Shown here: one piece after another, positions 1 to 13,083 of the stretch | Layout of the letters: the number at the start of each line of letters is the position of its first letter | How positions within the stretch are numbered: position 1 is the stretch's first letter | Source: Felis catus | Taxonomy: Eukaryota | NCBI RefSeq assembly: GCF_018350175.1 | Contig: NC_058383.1 | Coordinates: 2,356,001-2,420,000 of the forward strand | Length of the DNA: 64,000 bases | Reading direction: 5' to 3' | Notes under the pieces: model-generated | Databases searched by the model: none | Told to the model about the DNA's origin: nothing | The model's input: only the letters and a program-made list of their open reading frames with translations | Program-made: the position numbers and the translations under genes

Positions 1-70
1 AGATCATGACCGTGACCTGACCCAAAATCAAGAGGTAGATGCTCAGCCAACTGGGCCACCCAGGTGCCCC
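1..70 (-). mobile_element. Can-SINE 5' end (truncated by the window edge)
   Basis: Reverse complement begins GGGGCACCTGGGTGGCCCAGTTGG, the tRNA-derived SINE head. Confidence 0.85.
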
Positions 71-399
71 TAATGTACTATGTCCTGCTTCTTGATCTGT
101 TCACTGTGTGTCACAGACGTCCTCACGGGTCAACGAACGCGGCTGTCTCTCAGCTTCTCTAGGAGCTGTCCGGCATCTGACCCGCGCCAGCTTCGAATCT
201 GGTCAGCCAATCCCCACCGGAGAGTACGGAGGTTTTAGCTTTTATGAGCAATACATTCAACATTCTTTACAATCTCCGCACATTCGTCTAATTGGATTTT
301 CCGTTTCAAATTCATATCGTTATTACCGTAAGCTATTGCATAATATGAAACAAGTTGTGTCAGAGAGAAACGTATAACCGCTCGGATAAAGCAGCCACC

Positions 400-1330
400 G
401 AGGTCAACAGGGAACCGTGAACAGCAGCGCCCTCGTCAAACGTGCACTGTGACGTGTAAAATTCACCACCGTCCTGACGCCGTGACAGTATTTCTTAACT
501 TCTCCTAGTAGTTTTATCCCCTGCGTATGTACTCAACAACGTGGCTGAATTTTTACGCACTCACGCGGTCCTCCTGCTCCATGTCTGCCTCCTCTGGCAA
601 GACACCGCCATACTTGTTGATGGGAGCTGTCCTCTGCCCGTGTTCACTGCAGTGCTCGGAATCACACACCGTTTACTCATTTTACTGCTGACGAGCATTT
701 GGATTGTTTCCAGTTGTGAGTAGCGTTGCCATGCACACTGACACACACACCTTTCTGTACAGCCAGGGTTGGGACGACGGAGCCACAGAGAATACACATC
801 TTAAACCTGAGTAAGTAACACCCACCTGCTTTTCTAAACTGGGTGTACGATTAAATGACCACCAGCACCAGGGTTTATGGAAGTTCCCATTCCTCTAATC
901 CTTCCCATTCCCCCAAGTGTCAAATGTTTTAATTTGGCCAATCTGGTGAGTGTGGAAGATCATTTCATTGTTCCAGAAATGTCCGTTAAGGCTCTAACCC
1001 ATTTTTCTATTGACCTGCCTATTTCTTGTGGATCTGTGGAAGTTCTTTAAACATTCTGGACACTTTTCCTTTGTCGGTTGTAGACGATGAGTGTGCTCTC
1101 CACCCTCACAGCTGGTGGGGTCTCTGGATGACCACAAGTCCTTCATTTGATGGCAGGCAGATTCTGAACCTTTCCTTTTGCATTGGTGCTTCGAATCACT
1201 CAATTCTCCCCTATACCAAGACCATACTGATTGTTCCGGACTACGTCCTAAAAAATACTGTAGCTTCTCCTACTTAGGTCCCCAATCCACTTGAAACTGG
1301 GCGTGTTCAGGGTCCAATTTCATGGTTCGC
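400..1330 (-). mobile_element. Degenerate old L1 (L1M) fragments
   Basis: Antisense L1 3'-type motifs, e.g. atttggccaatctggtgagtgtg and ttctttaaacattctggacac; boundaries approximate. Confidence 0.5.
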
Positions 1331-1399
1331 CGTGGGGTGCCACCAATTTACTTACCTTGTTCTGCTGCGTCACTCAATCCCCCACTGTATCGGTTATTA

Positions 1400-1586
1400 A
1401 AGGTTTTTCTTTTCTCTGTAGGGGTCCAGATGGTAACTATTTAAGACTTTGCGAACCCACAGTGTCACCTCTACTGCCTGTTGTTTTTTTCCTAAGCCTT
1501 CAAAAATGTAAAAAACATTCTCAGCTGGGGGTCCAAACAAAAACAAGCCACATGAGAGGCTGCAGGCCACACTTTGCTGACCTCAG
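1400..1586. mobile_element. hAT-Charlie MER58-like fossil
   Basis: ctgtaggggtccagatggtaactatttaagactttgcg ... aaaaatgtaaaaaacattctcagct ... tttgctgacctc match recalled MER58 ends. Confidence 0.6.
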
Positions 1587-1649
1587 AAGAGCAAACCCTC
1601 CTACTTCATTTTCCTTCAAAAGTCGCTTGACATCATTCGTCTTCAGAGG

Positions 1650-2085
1650 AATGTAAATCAAAACCACAATGAGAGAAACAGAAGAAAGCTGGAAGGCTTA
1701 CACTTCCTAACTTCCAAACTTACTACAAAGCTACGGTAATCAAAATAGCGTGTGACTGACAAGAGGGTAAACACACAGACCGAGAGGACTGAATGGAGAA
1801 TCTGGAAATAAACCCAACGTGTATGACCAACAGATTTTCACCCAGGGTGCCAAGACCACTCAGTGGGGAGAGAACACGGGTCCAACAAATGGGGCTAGAA
1901 CGACTGAACGTCCACCTGCCTCACTCCGCTGACGAAAGTTAACTCAAAAACGGATCGACCACCGAAACGTAAGAGGACAAGCTAAACAGAGGGGCAAATC
2001 TTTCAGGCTTGCATCTGGCAATGAATTCTTAGATTTGACACCAAAAGCATGACCAACAAAAGAAAAAAATAGATAACTGGTCTTC
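1650..2085 (+). mobile_element. L1 ORF2 3' fragment
   Basis: acacttcctaacttccaaacttactacaaagctacggtaatcaaaata ... gaattcttagatttgacaccaaaagcat are typical L1 ORF2 C-terminal sequence. Confidence 0.75.
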
Positions 2086-2261
2086 ATTTTTTTTAATGTT
2101 TACTTTTGAGAGAGCGAACGTGAGTGGGGGGAGGGGCAGAGGATCCGAAGCGGGACCTGAGCTGTCAGCGCAGAGCCCGATGGGGGCTCAACCTCACGAA
2201 CTGTGAGATCACGACCTGAGGCGAAGTCGGGTGCTGAACCGACTGAGCCCGCCGGCGCCCC
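2086..2261 (-). mobile_element. Can-SINE
   Basis: Poly-T, GA repeat, body ending ...gccggcgcccc. Confidence 0.85.
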
Positions 2262-2871
2262 TCCTCCCCATTCCTACTTACGTCTCAAACCCTCCCTCTG
2301 GAATCCCTTCCGTTTTGCTTCAAGTGGAGTCTTCAGGGTTCCTTCAGTATTTGTGGGTGATAAACTTCCTCTGTCTGAAGAGGTCTCCATTCTGCCCTTA
2401 ACTGTACAGAGTCCTAGAGTAGTGGTTCTCCCCTCCCAGACTCCACCGCAGAGCGTCATTCACTCTTTGTGGCTTCTGCTGTAGCATCTGGGAAGAAAGC
2501 GGCCCAACCATCCCTCCTTTTAAATTATACCTGCTGCGGACTCACTGGGACTCCCGACTGTGATCGGGTGTTTTTCTCTTCAGTGACTGTGTCTGCTCCA
2601 GCCTTCCTTCTGGAACTCGGGCCTGCACGCTCGTCAGACCTTCTCCCACCACACTCCATGCCGCCTCAACCCGCTTACGTGTTCTCCCCGTTTCCGTCTT
2701 TTGTCCTACATGCTTGAAATCTGCTTCCCATATTTCTTCTTCTTTATTAACATTCTCTTTTATTGGGTTCATACTACTGCCTAACACATCCACAGAGTTT
2801 CAGTTTTGGTTTTGTATTTTTCGGTTCTGTAAGTTCGAGTTTATTCTTCTGAAATATGTTAAGTCACTTTT

Positions 2872-3068
2872 GGGGTGCCTGGGTAGCTCAGCTGGTTAAT
2901 GTCCGACTTCGGCTCAGGTCATGATCTCATGGCTCATGGGTTCGAGCCCCGTGTCGGGCCCTGTGCTGACAGCTCAGAGTCCAGAGCCTGCTTCGGATTC
3001 TGTGTCTCCCTCTCTCTGCCCCTCCTCCGCTCATGCTCTGTCTCTCAAAGATAAATAAACATTTTTTA
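2872..3068 (+). mobile_element. Can-SINE (feliform type)
   Basis: GGGGTGCCTGGGTAGCTCAG head, CT repeat, AATAAA and A tail; degenerate TSD atgttaagt. Confidence 0.9.
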
Positions 3069-4363
3069 AAAATGTTAAGTTGCTTTTAATAGTTTCCAGT
3101 TTTTTTCTTAAAGAGATTTTCTAACACCTATTTTTTTAAACACACTAAGATCAGCTGTTCTAAAATCTGTGTCTGGTAAGTCTACTACCTAAACACTACG
3201 GGTCAGATTCTGCTGTCCTTTCTTCTGATTCTAGGCATTATGCTTTGTTTCCTTGTGGCTCTGGCTATCCCAACCCCATCCTTAAAAACGTCATTTCTGG
3301 GGAGTCTCCAGGCTTCAGGCCTAAAGAGTCTTTTCCAGAGAGGTTTCCGCTTGCTTCTGTCAGGCAGTCAGGCACACCATCTGGTGTCTCACTTTGAGGT
3401 AAATTCACAGCAAGGGGGTTTCTCGGACGGCTCTTACGACGCGGAGAACCAAGCCCCCAAGGAGCCTGTCTACGGTGGGTTTCCTTGTGCCTCCTCCAAG
3501 CCGGGCCCTGGCTCGGCAGCCAGGCCGCGCTCTCCACTCCCCCCCCGCCCCGTCTGGGGGTCCACTTGTGGCTCAACCTCACCCTCAGGGGCCTCAGCTC
3601 ACTACAGAGGTACTTCGGATCAGAGTCGTCAACTTTGGCAATCTTAAAGGTCGACCTCCTTTTGAGACCCTGAAAACTTAGGAAACATCGTGGTTCGGGT
3701 TCACATCACCGAACGTCTCAGGGACGCGGCTGCCGGGGCTGCGCCTACCTCCCCGGGTCTCACCCTCGGGTGTGGCCCGGTGCGTTCTTGCCACCTCCCC
3801 CGTCCGCACTTAGAGGCTTTCCCACGGTGGCTTTCCAACACTAGAGCTGTAAGTTCCCTTTGGCAGGAGTCTCTGGGTAACTAGTTCCGCTGTAATTAGA
3901 AGCCGGAAACCTTATAGTTACTGCTGGAGAGTGACTCACGTCACACCCCTGCCACCTCTGCGGATCAGTACCTCCCTCCCGTGACCCCAATCAGACCAGG
4001 GTATTGGCTGCCAAAGTCACGACCAGTCTGGCGGACGAGTGCGGACGTCGCTGTTGCTTTAATCGGAGGTCCCACGGTTAGTAGCAAGGATGGTGACTTT
4101 CCATCCTTCGTGGATTCGTCACGTACGATTCACGAGAACGTCTCAAGTTGCAGTTGTCTATACCCTCTTCACAGGGGGGAGAAGCACCTTTGTCACACGC
4201 TGCAATTTTTTCCCCAATTTGTCGTCTCCCTTTTAACTTTCTTTAGGCTGATGTCTGCCGTACAGAAGTTAAAAACATGTATTCAAATACATTATCCTCT
4301 CCCTTGGGGTTCCTGGCCTTGTCATCGCACACAACGAACAACAGTCTGTCATTAATTCTACCC

Positions 4364-5048
4364 CCGTCACGCCCCTGAGACATTGCAGATTCGTGGCCGG
4401 ATCACCGCAGTAAGGCGAGGGCCAGAGTAAAGCCAGTCAAATGAATTTTTTGGTTTCCCACTGTGCCTAAAAGCTGTGTTTACACGGGAGTGTATTAAGT
4501 GTGCGATGCCATCAGGTCTAGGAAAACAAGATGCGAGTCTGCAGCGGGCTGAAACCTTTCTGCCGGTGGAAGGTTTTCCTGGAGGCCGCCGGCTGCTGAC
4601 CGTCAGGGTGGAGGTTGCCGGAGGCTGGGGTGGTTCTGGCAAGTTCTGAAATGAGACGATCAAGTCTGCTGTGCTGACTCTTTCCCGAAAGGCCCCTCCG
4701 TAGCGTGCGATGCTGTTCGATAGCATCTACCCACAGGAGAACTTCCTTCACGCCTGGGGTCCAGCCGCTCACACCTGCTGCGGCTTTAGCGACTCCGTTT
4801 ACGCGCTGTTCTCAACCCTTTGTGGTCATTTCGACCGTCCGCGCGGCGCCTTCACCAGGAGTGGGTTCCAGCTCCAGAAACCTCCTCACTTGCTCACCCG
4901 GAAGGAGCGGGTCCTCGTCTGGTGACGCGTGAGACGGAAGCCGTCCAGCCCCACCCGCAGGCTCCACCTCTGGTTCTGCGGTTTCCACGGACCTTCAACG
5001 TGTAAAGGAAGCGGTAAGTGCGAGGCGCAGTAAAACGAGGTGTGCCTG
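4364..5048 (-). mobile_element. Internally deleted Tigger1 (TcMar) DNA transposon with both ends
   Basis: Right end ...gcgcagtaaaacgaggtgtgcctg|TA matches the recalled Tigger1 TIR plus TA target. Left end and body (gaattttttggtttccca, gcgatgctgttcgatagcat, cttcaccaggagt) match the other end. Confidence 0.85.
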
Positions 5049-5643
5049 TAGGAGGTCCGTTTCCACCCGGACCACCGTGGCTCCAGCTCACAAACCCCCC
5101 CGAGGCAGAACTTTACAGCACATTATTCACGGGGATCTACGTTAAAATGCTTAACGCTTCATTTTTTCGTCCCCCGAAGGAGTAGATTTTAGAGGTCTGT
5201 GAGTACATAACACTATTCATGATTAATGAAACGGGGGGAAGAAAGGCCGACATCATGAGCAGGAACACGTAAGTTCTCACCGGCCCGCGATCCAAGAATA
5301 GCATAACTTGGCTTCCTGCTTCTGTGTCCTCAGGCAAGAGCCACCCAGAGGAAAACTCGGAGCGCCCGCCCCCACGGTGCTCGGATCGGGACCCAGACAG
5401 GCCCTCAAAGGCTTGGGCTACACGGAGTTCTCTGCGTTCTAATCCCGGCCAGGCCGCTCATTAGCCGTGTTACTGCACATACATTTCTTCAACTCCCAAG
5501 CCTCACACCCTCTCAGTATCGAATAGGAGGATTTGGTTAGAGAAATTCTCAAGTCCTCTGACTTCAACAGTTAGTTTTAAGAAGGCTGAGTTTTCTCCTA
5601 CGAATCACACTATGAAAGTTAACTTAGTTAGAAAGGTGACTGA

Positions 5644-5645
<2 letters not shown>

Positions 5646-5690
<45 letters not shown>
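5646..5690. repeat. (CA)n microsatellite
   Basis: About 20 CA units, seen directly. Confidence 0.97.
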
Positions 5691-5691
<1 letters not shown>

Positions 5692-5920
5692 GTACCAAAC
5701 CAGGATGAGGAAAGTAACCTCTGGTCGTCCAGTACGTGAAAGAAAACTCCACTGTCTGCAGAAGTTTTTCACTAATTTCTAACACTTCCGGGCTATTCTT
5801 TTAAGATAAAAAACGACACACGTACCTCTGCATCCGTACATGTGTATTTAGCTCTATTTGCAGTTAGACGAAAGCGTGGGGCCTCCAGACTGGGGAGTTC
5901 TGCTCAGAAATAAACAGGCA

Positions 5921-6118
5921 GGTCGCCTGGGGGCTCAGTCGGTTGAGCGTCTTGACTCGTCCGACTCTTAAATTCGGCTCGGGTCACGATCACAGGGTTC
6001 ATGGGATCGAGGCCCACGTCAGGCTCTGCACGGACGGCCTGGAGCCTGCTTGGGATTCTCTCTCTCTCCCCCCCCTCCCCCACATGCACACTTTCTCTAC
6101 AAAAAAAAAATAAAGAAA
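5921..6118 (+). mobile_element. Can-SINE
   Basis: SINE head and body, A tail, TSD agaaataaacaggca / aggaataatcaggca. Confidence 0.85.
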
Positions 6119-6189
6119 AGGAATAATCAGGCATACTACTGATAAACGATAAACGCAGCTGGCTGGCTGGCTGCCTGTCAAGGGCACCA

Positions 6190-6530
6190 TCAGCCTCAAA
6201 AGTGCACACGTTGTACGACTGCATTTGTGCAATCTGGTGCGCGGCAGGGGTGAGGGCCGCCGGAGGAACGGCTGGCGTGTGACTGCACCAGGGACGTCTC
6301 TGGGTGACGGAGGAGCTCCAGGTCAGTGTCCTGACCCCAGGGCTGATTACACGAATGCACACGCGTAACAGTGTGACACACGCAGGCACACACACTGCAC
6401 CAACGGCAACTGTGTTGTTTTCTTCTTATGCTGGAGTCGCGTCTGTTGGGGGAAAATGGGTGAAGGATGTACTATCGCTGCAACTTCCTGTGAATTTATG
6501 ATTTTTTCAGAATAAAAGTGAAAAAAAAAA
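6190..6530 (+). mobile_element. Old L1MC/MD-class 3' end
   Basis: gggggaaaatgggtgaagg ... gcaacttcctgtgaatttatgattttttcagaataaaag plus poly-A. Confidence 0.6.
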
Positions 6531-7243
6531 GCGTTAGGGAAAACAAGCACCTGATAAGAGACTAATAGAAACCAACAGAAACTCGTTCCCACAGGAAGAC
6601 AAGAAGTAAAGGGCATCACTAGCAACTCACACAAGATAACGGAAGCGGCTGATAAACATACGAAACGAACTGACGGTCACGGAGCTCTTTTCACTGAGCC
6701 ACTGGTAACATTTAAGAAGAACGAAGCGAGCGCGTGGAGAGCAGGAAGAGAGCGGCTGGGGCCGGGAGCCCGCGCTGCGCTGCAGGGGGAGGCACAGCCA
6801 GTGGGAGCGTGCAGGGGGGCGGTGCACCGACCGCGCTTCACACTCAGCAAAGCCCAGGTCCACAGTGACCGAGCAGAGCCCTGCTGGTCCCCCTGCAGCA
6901 CAGGAGGGCTGGCCTGGCGCTTTTCTGGGGTGGGGGTGGGGGTGGGGGGACGTGCGGGCCTGTGAACTGCTGTGGCCTGCCCTCCTCTGCTCCAGATCTT
7001 TGCTCCCGCCCTCCTGCTCTCGAAACCTGAAGGAAATGAAGGGTGACCGAGCTTCCCAGAAAGACTGGGACGTGCGGTCTGACCCGTGTCTCCCGGCAGA
7101 GCCACCTCTGGTCACAGACACCGTGAGCACAGGGTTTACTTCCGTGGCTCCAGGGGCCGGTTCCAGACACACAGGCGGCCCAGGAGCCACTCGCAAAGAA
7201 GAGAAACGGACTCTCCGACAGCATCATTTTAAAATAAAAGGAA

Positions 7244-7440
7244 GGGGCGCCCGAGTGGCTCAGTCACTCAACGGTCTGACTCCTGATTTCAGCTCAGATC
7301 ATGATCTCAGTTTGTGAGTTCGGGCTTTGTGTCAGGCTCTGCACTGACCGTGTGGAGTCTGCTTGAGATTCTCTCTCTGTCTGTCTGTCTCTCTCTGCCT
7401 CTCCCCTGCTCTCTCTCTCCAAATAAATTAAAAAAATATT
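7244..7440 (+). mobile_element. Can-SINE
   Basis: GGGGCGCCCGAGTGGCTCAG head, CT repeat, A-rich tail. Confidence 0.88.
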
Positions 7441-7549
7441 AAAGTATCAGGCTCCCTATCAGCCACAGGGCTGACGCCTAGGGAATCCTTAAGCTTGGAT
7501 GGGCAGTGAGACCAGAGGACCTCCAAATTCCTCTTCAGTTCTAAGACAT

Positions 7550-7950
7550 ACAGCCCTGACCACTTATCCCCTCCACCAAGATCATCCTGATTTGAGCCAC
7601 AGCCCTGTCACCTAGATTACTGCAAAAGCCTCTAAGCAGGCCTCCTTGTCTCTATGACGAAAACGGTTGCCAGAGCGATCCCGTTGAGATGTACATCAAA
7701 TCACACCACACTTCCCCCCCGAAGCCCAAGTCCTTCCAAGTGGCCCCTCACCACGCCCCCATCCCCTCTTACCCCACCCGCTCACTTGGCTCGGGAACAC
7801 AAAGCGTGACCCTGCCCCAGGGCCTTTGCACTGGTTAGTCTCCTGGCTAGAACACATCCCCCTCCCCCAGACAACCACAAGACCTGCTTTCTCACCTCCC
7901 TCAGGGCTTTCTCAAATGCCACTCAGGGAAGCTACCTCAGTTAGGGCTCC
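7550..7950. mobile_element. L2 fragment
   Basis: cacctagattactgcaaaagcctcta ... ccagggcctttgcactgg, typical L2 3' motifs. Confidence 0.6.
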
Positions 7951-9688
7951 GAGCCCAGCTATGGAGGCTTTAACAGTATGGCCCAGGGTGTCCCCGCCGT
8001 GCTCCGTGCCGCTTCCACTGTCAGCAGCCTGAGCGAAGGAGGACAGGCTGGGGCAGACGTGGCCAGTCATTTTAAGAGCAAGACTGAGAAGTGAGTCCCA
8101 GGGCTACACTCAACCAGAGAGAGAGCGGAAAACGTAGCCTGGCTCTGCGGACACGCTCTCAACTCGACTCCCGTGACAGAAGGGAACGCAACCGGGGAAG
8201 AACCGGGAGTATGCTAACCGCCTCCCTGTTTACCCAGCTAGCCCCCCCATTCTCTATCCCAGGCCCCCCCACTCTGTTTATCCACCGAGACTCTCCCCCC
8301 GCCCCTCCCATTCTCTATCCCAGGTCCCTGCTTGTTCTCCTCTAACACACACAGCACACGTGTCCGGGCAGGCAGGGGCACGCACGACTGTCTCTTCTTA
8401 TCAGGAGGTCCGCTCCATGTGGTGCCTGTTTGCTGCTATTTCCCGGGGACACACGGTGGCTGCTCCACAAATACTTGCTGAACGAACGCGTTCCACACAA
8501 TTAGAAAGGACACACGAGACTGAAAGCCCAGTTGTGAGGTATCTCCAGCAGCCCGTATACGTGGAGCAGCCACCACATTACGTGCTCTTCCGACGGTCTC
8601 CTCGCTCAACACAGGGGGCCAAAGCAACTTACAGACCCAACTCTCCCTCGCGGGGGCTCCACACGGACCACCGACCCCCACCCCCATCGTGTGAGAGGCG
8701 GAAAGGTCCCAACGGGCCTCTGGCACAGGCAGCCGTGTGTCTCAGTCAGGAACACCGGGCCGCTGAGGGCCCGCACCAGCGGGGGACTCGGCTCCCGCCA
8801 CGCTCACGAGGACGTCGCCCTGCTCCTCTGGCCCTCCTCCCGCCGCCGTCTGGGGCGCACGTCCAGGCAAGGAGCCCCGTGGAAGGTCACCGCGAGGGCC
8901 TGGACAGAGGCCCTCGCTACCACCCCTGGACTGGCTGTCCTGCCACTTGTGACATGAGGGGAGAAGATGGCGCCTCCGTCTGGGGCTTCCTGCCACGTGC
9001 AGCCAGAGGTCACGGAGGAGCGGACACCCAGGAGCACCCAGCATCTGCCAACGGCAGGAGACCCGCATCCCGAAAGCAGAAAGGTTCTCTGGAATGCCCC
9101 AAGTTGCACCGCAAGGAGCATCACGCGCTGAAGGCTCTGGGCTCGCGCACCTGCGGGGGGCCCCCCTGCCCCCCTCTGGCCTGACACCTCCCAGGACAGC
9201 TCCTTAAAGAAGCACGACTGCAGGGCATCTCGAGAGCAGAGCGAAGAGGAAAAGGCCAAAGGATTCCAGGGACGTCGGGCGGGCCGGGCGGAGCGCAGGC
9301 AGGCAGAGGCACGGGCAGACCAGCCACGGAGCCTTCAGAGACCGGCGGCGAGTGCCGTGTTCTCCCCAGACGGCCCGCGGACGCGACCTGTCGTTTTCCA
9401 GGCACGCCGCCACCCCCGGCCTTGCTCACCGGCCAGCCACCAGGGAGCCGCCAAGCCCTGAGGGCACACGTCCTCCCTAGCAGGAAGGGCCGGCTGCAGG
9501 GGGCCGCGCCCATCACGGCCGGGCCCCTGGTCTCCGGCGCGCTCGAAGCCACGGAAGTTACTGTGGCCACAAGGCGCCTCGTCCTCCGTTTGGCCTGGCT
9601 CTCTGCTGTCTCAGGCTTCCTAAGAAAGCTCGCGAATGTGAACCAGGGCGTCCGGCCTTTTTGAAAGGGGGCCGGTCCGATCTTTTCT

Positions 9689-9913
9689 TTTTTTCTTTTT
9701 TAATTTTTTTTAACGTTTATTTATTTTTGAGACAGAGAGAGACACAGCACGAACGGGGGAGGGGCAGAGAGAGGGAGACACAGAATCCGAAACAGGCTCC
9801 AGGCTCCGAGCTGTCAGCCCAGAGCCCGACGCGGGGGCTCGAACTTGCGGACCGCGAGATCGTGACCCGAGCTGAAGTCGGACGCTCAACCGACTGAGCC
9901 ACCCTGGCGCCCC
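9689..9913 (-). mobile_element. Felid SINEC_Fc-type SINE with 15-bp TSD
   Basis: Full-length and CpG-rich; TSD GGTCCGATCTTTTCT at 9674-9688 and 9915-9929. Confidence 0.93.
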
Positions 9914-12629
9914 TGGTCCGATCTTTTCTAAGATGGAGGAAGGGGCACGCGGCCTAACTGATGTTTGCTGCAGGAGGCAGAGGAGGACGTGGGGCCCTAC
10001 TCTCCCAGGGCCCGACGGAGGGGCGTTCCCAGCCCGAGGGCTCGCGAGCCGCGTCCATGGGGTGAGGGCCGGGCGGAGCAGGCGACGAGGCAGGGCCAAC
10101 ACAGATGGTGGCCGTGCAGGAAGTCAAGTCCTGGGGGCCACAAAAGGTGAGCACGACACGTGTGGGTTTTCCGTCAGGTGCTAGGGTGCCGCATCCAGTG
10201 ATTCTTTTGATGGCGTAAAGTATAAAATCATAAATTATGAGCCAGTATGTAGTATAAAGTTACCCGAGGCCACAGGGTCATGTCCCTCTTAAACTGTCAC
10301 ACTCAGAGGACTGTCAGGGGGCAGCACCCGCACACGCCCGTGACGAACAGCTGTCCTGTCCATCTACAATTCAGCCGGTGCACTCAGCCTCTCCGAGCTC
10401 CTCTGCTGAGGTCGGGAAGACTCGATTCCTTTAAACGTGACGGGGGGAAAAATAAATCTCTGTACTAAGCAGAATCCTTTCATTTCCAGGAATCGAGAAA
10501 CCCGGGGCCGTCAGCATAAACGTGCTCCTCTGAGCGGAGCCTTCGATTCCGTCTTCAAAGCAGGAGACAGAAGACATCGTCAAGCCAACACAACGTCCCA
10601 CCCCTTTGAAAGAGGAACGGAAAGGATGCACCGAGTGTCCACGGTCGACGTGAATCGTCCTGTGTGCGTGCCACACGTCCACCCACGCGGCCTCCCCGCC
10701 ATCTGCACGGATGCTGGGCTCACAATCGGACAACGGGAGGTCACGTGGAGACTCCGGGGACTGTCCGGGCCTCTGAGCGCGAGAAGGTGCGCCTGACCTA
10801 GGGTCACACCAAGCCGTTTCCGGAGCCGTTGGGCCACAGTCTCGAGAGCACACTGGCTGCCTTCAGGCAGGCAGGTCGGCACCCGGTGAGCCCCCTGGCT
10901 GCTCTCACGGGTCAGGGTCGGGGGAGCTGGTGATGAACACGAGGTAGACTACATAACGAGCCGAGAGTCATGCAGAAGCAAACGCCCCAGCAGCGGTAAA
11001 TCCGAAGAGGTGGGACCGAGTGTCAGAACCAGTGGTGCTCGGGCCTCGGTTCTCAGTCTGTCACCGGGCCTTTCGAGGGAGCCCAGCAGCCGGCCTCCGC
11101 CTGCCCACCACTGAGCCACTTCTGCAAACCTGAGAGCGGCTGCAAGCACACAGTGGTTCTGAGGCTTATGGGGGTCCTGCACTGCTCCGTACCGCCCCTC
11201 GTCCCCGGGCCGGAACAGGGTGGACAGGGAACCCAGGCCAGACCGGCGGCCTCCCCCCCACCACCGAGCCCGGTCTCCTCCCTGCTCCCGCAGTGGCTAC
11301 GCTGGTGAGACCCTGTTGTGTCGCCACCGCCTCGTGACCACAGGGGAGGCGAACCGGCCTGAGCAGGAGAAGGGGGACAGTGCCAAGGAAGGCACAGAGA
11401 GGTTCCCTGGTGGCCTCGCGGTCCTGCACGTCTGCTGAATGCCCTCCCCCCACCACCCGGCTGCCCCTCACTCCCATCTTTACACAGCTCCCCCATAAAC
11501 ACCTCCCCTCATCCCTCCCTGCCCGGCTGGAAGTGCCTACTTTCTCCCTTTAGGCCTAACGTAGCCTGTATCTTCCTCAATTATATTTCTTGGCACATTT
11601 CGCTGCAATTACTTGTTTGTATGTGTGTCTGTCTCACCAGCTTTCAGAACAAATGGGACTCGGACCTCAGCACAGCGCCCGGCACCCAGAGAGGGCTAAG
11701 TGAGTGTCCGCCTGCCACATGGCCCAGCAAGGACCACGATGTGCAAACTCACGGTCACTATCGGGGCGGAACTTATACACAAAAGACAACGTGCCCACCT
11801 CTGCTGTACTGTAGTAACGAACGAGACCCTAATTTCAAAGTATCACAGAAAGCAGGTAAGGGGTGAATATATTATCCATATTCTATATTACAGGCACGTG
11901 AATTAGCACATAAATCGCAAAATTCGTTTAAAGACCCAAAACTGTCTTTAGCTAGCACAAGGTCATAGGCAGAGACGATACTTACGTTCGTCTACCTACG
12001 AGGAAACCCCTGGTGTGCCTTGCTACGTCTCAGAAGCGCTGTGAGAGGTGAGATCTAACGTAGTGCGGTTGTGCGCTTTGTTTCTGAGCTGCAGAGCTTA
12101 TCAAATTCCGCGTGTGACTGGCAGTCGACCTCAGGGACCACACAGAAGGGCCAGGCGGCCTCCTCTTTGGAGCGGGAGGAGCCCCGGCCTGCACACCCAC
12201 CCTGCTCTCCGCCGAGGAGGAAGGGCCCTCACACGGCCGTCACCAGACTAGCACTTTCTCCTCCCTCTCCCTGGACTGGCAAGTAAACCCAGAGGGCAGA
12301 GGGGACGGGAACAGTCTAACACCTGGTGGACAGCAATTCTCAAAGTAGCTGGATCTCTCCAGTGAGAGACTGTCAAGGGCCTGTCGCCTGGGGAGAAAAA
12401 AAGAAAAAAAAAAAGAAAACCAAGTTGATGAAGCATCACCCTGGAAAGGATGTGACACTTAAGAAAGGTCCCCAGAGGAGAGAGAGCAAGGTCGGACCGC
12501 AGATGGGGAAGGGAAGGCCTCGTCATGCTGTACGGAGATGCTTCTGTTCCCCACGGTGGGCCCTGCCTGCACGCCTCGGCAATAATGACCACGAAGGCCT
12601 ACTGTCCCCCATTTCAATCAGATGCTCTG

Positions 12630-12802
12630 ATTTTTAACTTATTTTTTAACTTTAGGGGGGCAGGGGGAAGGGAGAAAATGCCAAGCAGGCTCCAAGCTCA
12701 GTGTGGGGCCCAACGCAGGGCTCAATCCCATGACCGCAGCATCATGACCGGAGCTGAAATCAAGACTCAGATGCTCACCCGACGAAGCTACCCAGTTGCC
12801 CT
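12630..12802 (-). mobile_element. Older Can-SINE
   Basis: ccaagcaggctcc ... catgaccggagctgaaatcaagactcagatgctc. Confidence 0.8.
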
Positions 12803-12860
12803 ACTGATTTTTATAAAAAAAACACACAGAAAAGTACAAAGTAGAAGAATAACAAATATT

Positions 12861-13055
12861 GGGGCGCCTGGGTGGCTCAGTCGGTTAAGCAGCCGACTCT
12901 TGATTTCAGCTCAGGTCACCATCTCACAGTTTGTGGGTTTGAGCCCCGTGTCGGGCTCTATGTTCACTGTCTGGACCCTGCTTTGGATCCTCTGTCTCCC
13001 TCTCTCTGCCCCGCCTCCGTGCCGTCTCTGTCAAATAAATAAATGTTTAAAAAAA
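12861..13055 (+). mobile_element. Can-SINE
   Basis: GGGGCGCCTGGGTGGCTCAGTCGGTTAAG head and AATAAA/A tail. Confidence 0.9.
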
Positions 13056-13083
13056 CTGAAGAAAAAAACCCAAACACACACCT

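Noticed and set aside
1350..1500. Perfect donor AAG|GTAAGT (1356) with a possible upstream acceptor, considered as GNA12 exon 3
   Set aside because: It does not encode the expected Galpha12 continuation and overlaps a MER58-like fossil.
8360..9184. 274-aa plus-strand ORF, and similar 200-250 aa ORFs at 30654, 46465, 47746 and 52966
   Set aside because: No recognisable domain, mostly non-ATG starts, overlapping ORFs in several frames; expected in GC-rich intronic DNA.
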